From contig OZ038378.1 of assembly GCA_964036045.1 (NCBI GenBank), positions 146,072,001-146,136,000 of the forward strand: a DNA stretch of 64,000 nucleotides, written 5' to 3'. This stretch comes from Eutreptiella sp. 'Long Island Sound 2002'. Its lineage: Eukaryota; Protista; Euglenida. Position numbers and translations under genes: made by a program. Shown one piece after another: positions 59,249-64,000 of the stretch (position 1 is the stretch's first letter; each line of letters begins with the position of its first letter). The notes under the pieces were generated by a model, which worked only from the letters and a program-made list of their open reading frames with translations, was not told where the DNA came from and did not search any database.

Positions 59249-60581
59249 GTGTGCGCGTGCGACCTCCGGGGCCGGTGCACGATGGTCTAAATCTGCCGGG
59301 GTTGTCTGGGGGATGGTGACCCTCGCGGGGGAACGGTGCTGCCGAATGACGTTGTGTGCGCGGGATAGACTCGGGGGAATGGGCTGTGGTGAGTCTGACG
59401 GCCTCCGTCCAAAGCACATCAGAACGCCCACCCCGAGACTGAACGGAGTGCGCTGAACGGCGTTGCGAGGGCACGAAGGGCGGCCTGAGGCCTGACGGGC
59501 CGATGCGTCCGCGCGTGGGGGTCTCTGCAGCCCCGAGGAAGGGCATTCCAGGTGCACACAGGCCGATGAGGCGGGTAAGGGCCGATGGGAAACCGGCGGA
59601 GTGTCGGTCGCCGGTGCAGCCGCACTCCCGGCGGTCCCGAGGAGCAGCGCCGGGGCAGCCGGTCCCGGACGGAGGCGCGAGGAGCGCCCCCCGGAGGCGG
59701 AGGATGGGGTGCCGCGAGGTGCCGGGCATCGCCCGGCGTGAGGCCCGGTATCCTCCGGCGGGCGGTCCGGCGGGGGGTCCGGCGGGCGGCGGCGGCGGTG
59801 GCGGGTGTTGGCGGTGGCGTGGTCTCACCCTCTGGCCACAAAGGACAGACGGGGAGCCGGCCACCCCGGCACAGGGCACAGGGGGTGTGCGGGGCGACCC
59901 GCGGTCGCTGTCGGGGGGTATCACGTGTACGCACCCGTGCGCTCCCCAGCGGCGGGGGCGGGAGGACGGGCCACAACGAAGCTCAATGCCGTTTGGGTCC
60001 GTCAGGTTTTGACTGCCGCACGGAGACGCGGAAACCGTGGGCCAAACCAGCGGCGTGCGGCGCTTCAGCGCGCGCACGCCCGCAGTCGCACGCTATTCCG
60101 AGAAACGCTCATCTCCGCGGGGGGCGTGTCTTGTGGGGTGGCCCCGTGGGGTAGCGGTGTGACACACTGTTCCGGGGGGATCGGGGGTGCGGGGCGCGGC
60201 CCAACGCGGGCCGGTCTGCGCAGGGGCCTGCGGCACAAACGCCGGGGGGGGCGTCTGTCCAGGACCCGAGTGGTCTGGGGCTCCGGAGTCCGGGCTCCAG
60301 TTGAGGGGGGGGGGGAGGGGGGCGTGCAGTGAAGTGAATGGGATGCTGCCGTGTCGTGGGCGAGGGATGTGACCCATGAACGAGCCCTCCCGCCCTCCAG
60401 TGCACCATCTCCCAGAGTGCCTCGTCTGTCGCAGCGGAAGGGGCCCGTGGCATTGTCACCGAAGAGCTCTTTGTTCACTGGTGTTGCGGTGCGGCCTGTG
60501 CCTTGCAGGGTCCACCAGTAGCACCCAACATCGGTGTCCCTCAGCAGGCTACAGTTTGGGGGTATGGGAGGGGGGGGGTCA

Positions 60582-60763
60582 GGGATGCATTGAGAAGGGG
60601 GGCAGCCTATCCCCAGCCACTGTCCCCCAGACGCCAAGTGCCAGCTTCAATGGCATTTGTAACCGACAGTAACCGCCCTCAACCGCTTTGGCAACCTCCT
60701 CCAACCGCCAGTCTAAACGCCTCTGGGGCCGCCTGTGAGGCCCCTTCCCTTCTGATGCATCCC
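60582..60763. mobile_element. 182-bp MITE
   Basis: TIRs gggatgcattgagaaggg / cccttctgatgcatccc. Confidence 0.75.
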
Positions 60764-60861
60764 GAGGGGGGGGAGGGGGGGGGTTGTCCTATTCGTTGCC
60801 GCGCGTGTCACTCAGCCCCCCACCCCTCCGCTGCCCCCGCCCCCTGTACCCTGGCCCACAG

Positions 60862-61116
60862 GTGTGACGTGGGACGGCCTGGGTCCCGGAACGTGTGCGC
60901 GGATCGCCCCCGACGACCCGGTCCGGCGCGCGCTGTACCGCGAGGACAAGAAGAAGAGGGCGACGGCCGGGGGGCCGCCCGCGCCGCCCTCGTCGAAGAA
61001 GGACAAGAAGGGGCAGCGGCGGGAGGCGGTGCTGCAGGACCTGCAGCGGCATTTCGAGGGCCGCCCGGTCGATGAGGTCCGCTTCTTCGTGGTCGACTTC
61101 GAGGCGGCGCTGACGG
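60862..61116 (+). CDS. Exon C, ending in a DEDD 3'-5' exonuclease ExoI-like motif
   Basis: Acceptor ggcccacAG at 60860-60861 (phase 1, matches 59249); GVTWDG..LYREDKKKR..EVRFFVVDFEAALT; donor G|GTGTGC at 61117. Confidence 0.75.
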
Positions 61117-61293
61117 GTGTGCGGCGCGGGGGGCGGAGGCCACTTTGCGTTGCGCGCGTGTCCCCCCAATCGGAGCTCCGTGCGTCGATGTCATCGATTT
61201 CTGGTCCGATCGCTTGCGATGTTACTGCGTCCTGCAGAACGGATGTGGGGCGGCATCGCCCGTTGCGGAGCCGTTCGGGAGAAGGAAGGGCAC

Positions 61294-63252
61294 GGGGGTC
61301 CTCTAGGAACTAGATTTTTTTTTTTGTTAAGGATCGCCCCTAAGCACCGCCCCCCGGGACCACCAATGGCCAACCGCCAATCACCACCAACCGCCAACCG
61401 CCAATCACCACCAACCGCCAACCGCCAATCTCCACCAACCGCCAACCGCCAATCACCATCAACCGCCAACCGCCAATCACCACCAACCGCCAACCGCCAA
61501 TCACCACCAACCGCCAACCGCCAATCACCACCAACCGCCAACCGCCAATCACCACCAACCGCCAACCGCCAATCACCACCAACCGCCAACCGCCAATCAC
61601 CACCAACCGCCAACCGCCAATCTCCACCAACCGCCAACCGCCAATCACCATTAACCGCCAACCGCCAATCACCACCAACCGCCAACCGCCAATCACCACC
61701 AACCGCCAACCGCCAATCACCACCAACCGCCAACCGCCAATCACCACCAACCGCCAACCGCCAATCACCACCAACCGCCAACCGCCAATCACCACCAACC
61801 GCCAACCGCCAATCACCACCAACCGCCAACCGCCAATCACCACCAACCGCCAACCGCCAATCACCACCAACCGCCAACCGCCAATCACCACCAACCGCCA
61901 ACCGCCAATCACCACCAACCGCCAACCGCCAATCACCACCAACCGCCAACCGCCAATCACCACCAACCGCCAACCGCCAATCACCACCAACCGCCAACCG
62001 CCAATCACCACCAACCGCCAACCGCCAATCACCACCAACCGCCAACCGCCAATCACCACCAACCGCCAACCGCCAATCACCACCAACCGCCAACCGCCAA
62101 TCACCACCAACCGCCAACCGCCAATCACCACCAACCGCCAACCGCCAATCACCACCAACCGCCAACCGCCAATCACCACCAACCGCCAACCGCCAATCAC
62201 CACCAACCGCCAACCGCCAATCACCACCAACCGCCAACCGCCAATCACCACCAACCGCCAACCGCCAATCACCACCAACCGCCAACCGCCAATCACCACC
62301 AACCGCCAACCGCCAATCACCACCAACCGCCAACCGCCAATCACCACCAACCGCCAACCGCCAATCTCCACCAACCGCCAACCGCCAATCACCATCAACC
62401 GCCAACCGCCAATCACCACCAACCGCCAACCGCCAATCACCACCAACCGCCAACCGCCAATCACCACCAACCGCCAACCGCCAATCACCACCAACCGCCA
62501 ACCGCCAATCACCACCAACCGCCAACCGCCAATCACCACCAACCGCCAACCGCCAATCACCACCAACCGCCAACCGCCAATCACCACCAACCGCCAACCG
62601 CCAATCACCACCAACCGCCAACCGCCAATCACCACCAACCGCCAACCGCCAATCACCACCAACCGCCAACCGCCAATCACCACCAACCGCCAACCGCCAA
62701 TCACCACCAACCGCCAACCGCCAATCACCACCAACCGCCAACCGCCAATCACCACCACCCGCCAACCGCCAATCACCACCAACCGCCAACCGCCAATCAC
62801 CACCAACCGCCAACCGCCAATCACCACCAACCGCCAACCGCCAATCTCCACCAACCGCCAACCGCCAATCACCACCAACCGCCAACCGCCAATCACCACC
62901 AACCGCCAACCGCCAATCACCACCAACCGCCAACCGCCAATCACCACCAACCGCCAACCGCCAATCACCACCAACCGCCAACCGCCAATCACCACCAACC
63001 GCCAACCGCCAATCACCACCAACCGCCAACCGCCAATCACCACCAACCGCCAACCGCCAATCACCACCAACCGCCAACCGCCAATCACCACCAACCGCCA
63101 ACCGCCAATCACCACCAACCGCCAACCGCCAATCACCACCAACCGCCAACCGCCAATCACCACCAACCATGGTTGAACACATCAGCTACATGCTGTCTTT
63201 TTGCAAAACTGCCGTTCAGGAACCATTTTTCTTCTTCTCTTAAGGATCCCCC
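61294..63252. mobile_element. MITE of the 36312 family carrying the expanded satellite
   Basis: Left gggggtcct..tttttttgttaagga.cgccc..accgccc...ggacca and right catggt...ctttttg.aaaactg...aggaac...ttaaggatccccc match the 36312-36680 copy. Confidence 0.7.
61372..63168 (+). repeat. Highly homogeneous 24-bp satellite (accgccaaccgccaatcaccacca), ~75 units
   Basis: Near-perfect units; a few variants at 61431, 61459, 61623, 61651-61652, 62367, 62395, 62759 and 62847. Confidence 0.97.
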
Positions 63253-64000
63253 TGAGGAGGGGATAGTTTGACCGTAACCCACTTGTGGTCAGGGCCTACG
63301 ATGACCGTAGGGGAGCGGGACGGACAGCAGCCGTGCAGTTGGGCCGGGATCCGCATTCCGTCGGTTCTGCGTCGTGCGTCGCGCGGCAGAGGGTGTACGT
63401 CCTGTGCGGCTTGGTGCCGGTGTCTTCCGCGCCTTGTGGTCGTGATGTGCCGCTGGTGACGGGAATCCCCACGTCCGACCAGCGCGTTCAGGCAAGTGCA
63501 AGTGTTGCGAACTGTTCTGCGCTGCGGGACGGGCCTTGCGCCCTCCCTCCAACTTCACGCCCCCCCTCCCCCCCCCAAAAGACGTGGGATGGCCGCCACC
63601 CCCCCCGACACGGAGCAGTGAGGCAGGGAAGGTCCCGGGGCTCCGTGGGCACCACCTCCCGAGGGAAGGCAAGGGTGACTGGGGGGGTGAGGGGGGGGGG
63701 GGCAGGCATAGGGAGAGGGGGGGGCGCACGAGGGGGTGAGAGGCCGATGGGCCCCCGCGCCGATGGAGGGAGAGGGCCCAAGGGAAGGGCGGTGAGTGGC
63801 GATCGGCCCATGGGCGCCGCAGACCAAAACACGCACCAAAGGCGTCATGCCGCACATCCCGAAGCGTCCGGGTGACCCACAGAGCGGCACCGGAGCTCCT
63901 GCGCACAACACAGGCCATCCCCCCCGCCCCCCAACGCCGGGGGGACAGAGATGCGCCCTCTACGCACACGCCAGACGGATCGCCGCACTCGTCTGCGTCT

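Noticed and set aside
61372-63168. Telomere or interstitial telomeric repeat
   Set aside because: The unit is 24 bp and not TTAGGG-like, and it is internal and bounded by MITE sequence.
61117-63243. ORFs of 608-708 aa (TANRQSPP, GGDWRLAV and VIGGWRLV repeats)
   Set aside because: Products of a stop-free 24-bp satellite read in several frames; the region lies after a GT donor inside a MITE.
63390-63500. Next exon of the exonuclease-like gene
   Set aside because: The phase-1 reading stops after ~18 codons, and the better-looking frame needs phase 0; unresolved without cDNA.

Overview
Repeat-dense eukaryotic nuclear DNA, almost certainly from a euglenid: it has a 20/21-nt match to the 3' part of the euglenid spliced leader at 27941-27961, and GC3-rich exons separated by long GT-AG introns full of repeats. 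Host genes I can support: an intronless family-16 protein methyltransferase (+, ~10.0-11.0 kb); a TauD/TfdA dioxygenase exon with an in-frame TAG (-, 13.3-13.9 kb); an intronless RPA70N-like OB fold/BTB/BACK-like protein (+, 14.5-16.8 kb); a frameshifted UIM-SAM-methyltransferase pseudogene (-, 21.1-22.5 kb); a 3-exon MAPK-like kinase with TTN in place of TxY (+, 30.1-35.6 kb); and a multi-exon gene with an RRM-like segment and a DEDD exonuclease motif I (+, 56.7-61.1 kb, apparently unfinished). The rest is mobile or repetitive DNA: three decayed LINE-type elements (one contributing four RNase H1-like copies in a large nested inverted repeat), a PIF/Harbinger-type transposase fragment, a DIRS-like RNase H relic, several MITE/SINE-like families, foldback arrays, a J-domain/CCCH-ORF cassette in an apparent intron, and many tandem repeats including a ~1.8-kb 24-bp satellite that expanded inside a MITE. 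No rRNA, intact tRNA or CRISPR array is supported. Domain calls come from motif recognition by eye, not database searches; repeat boundaries are approximate.
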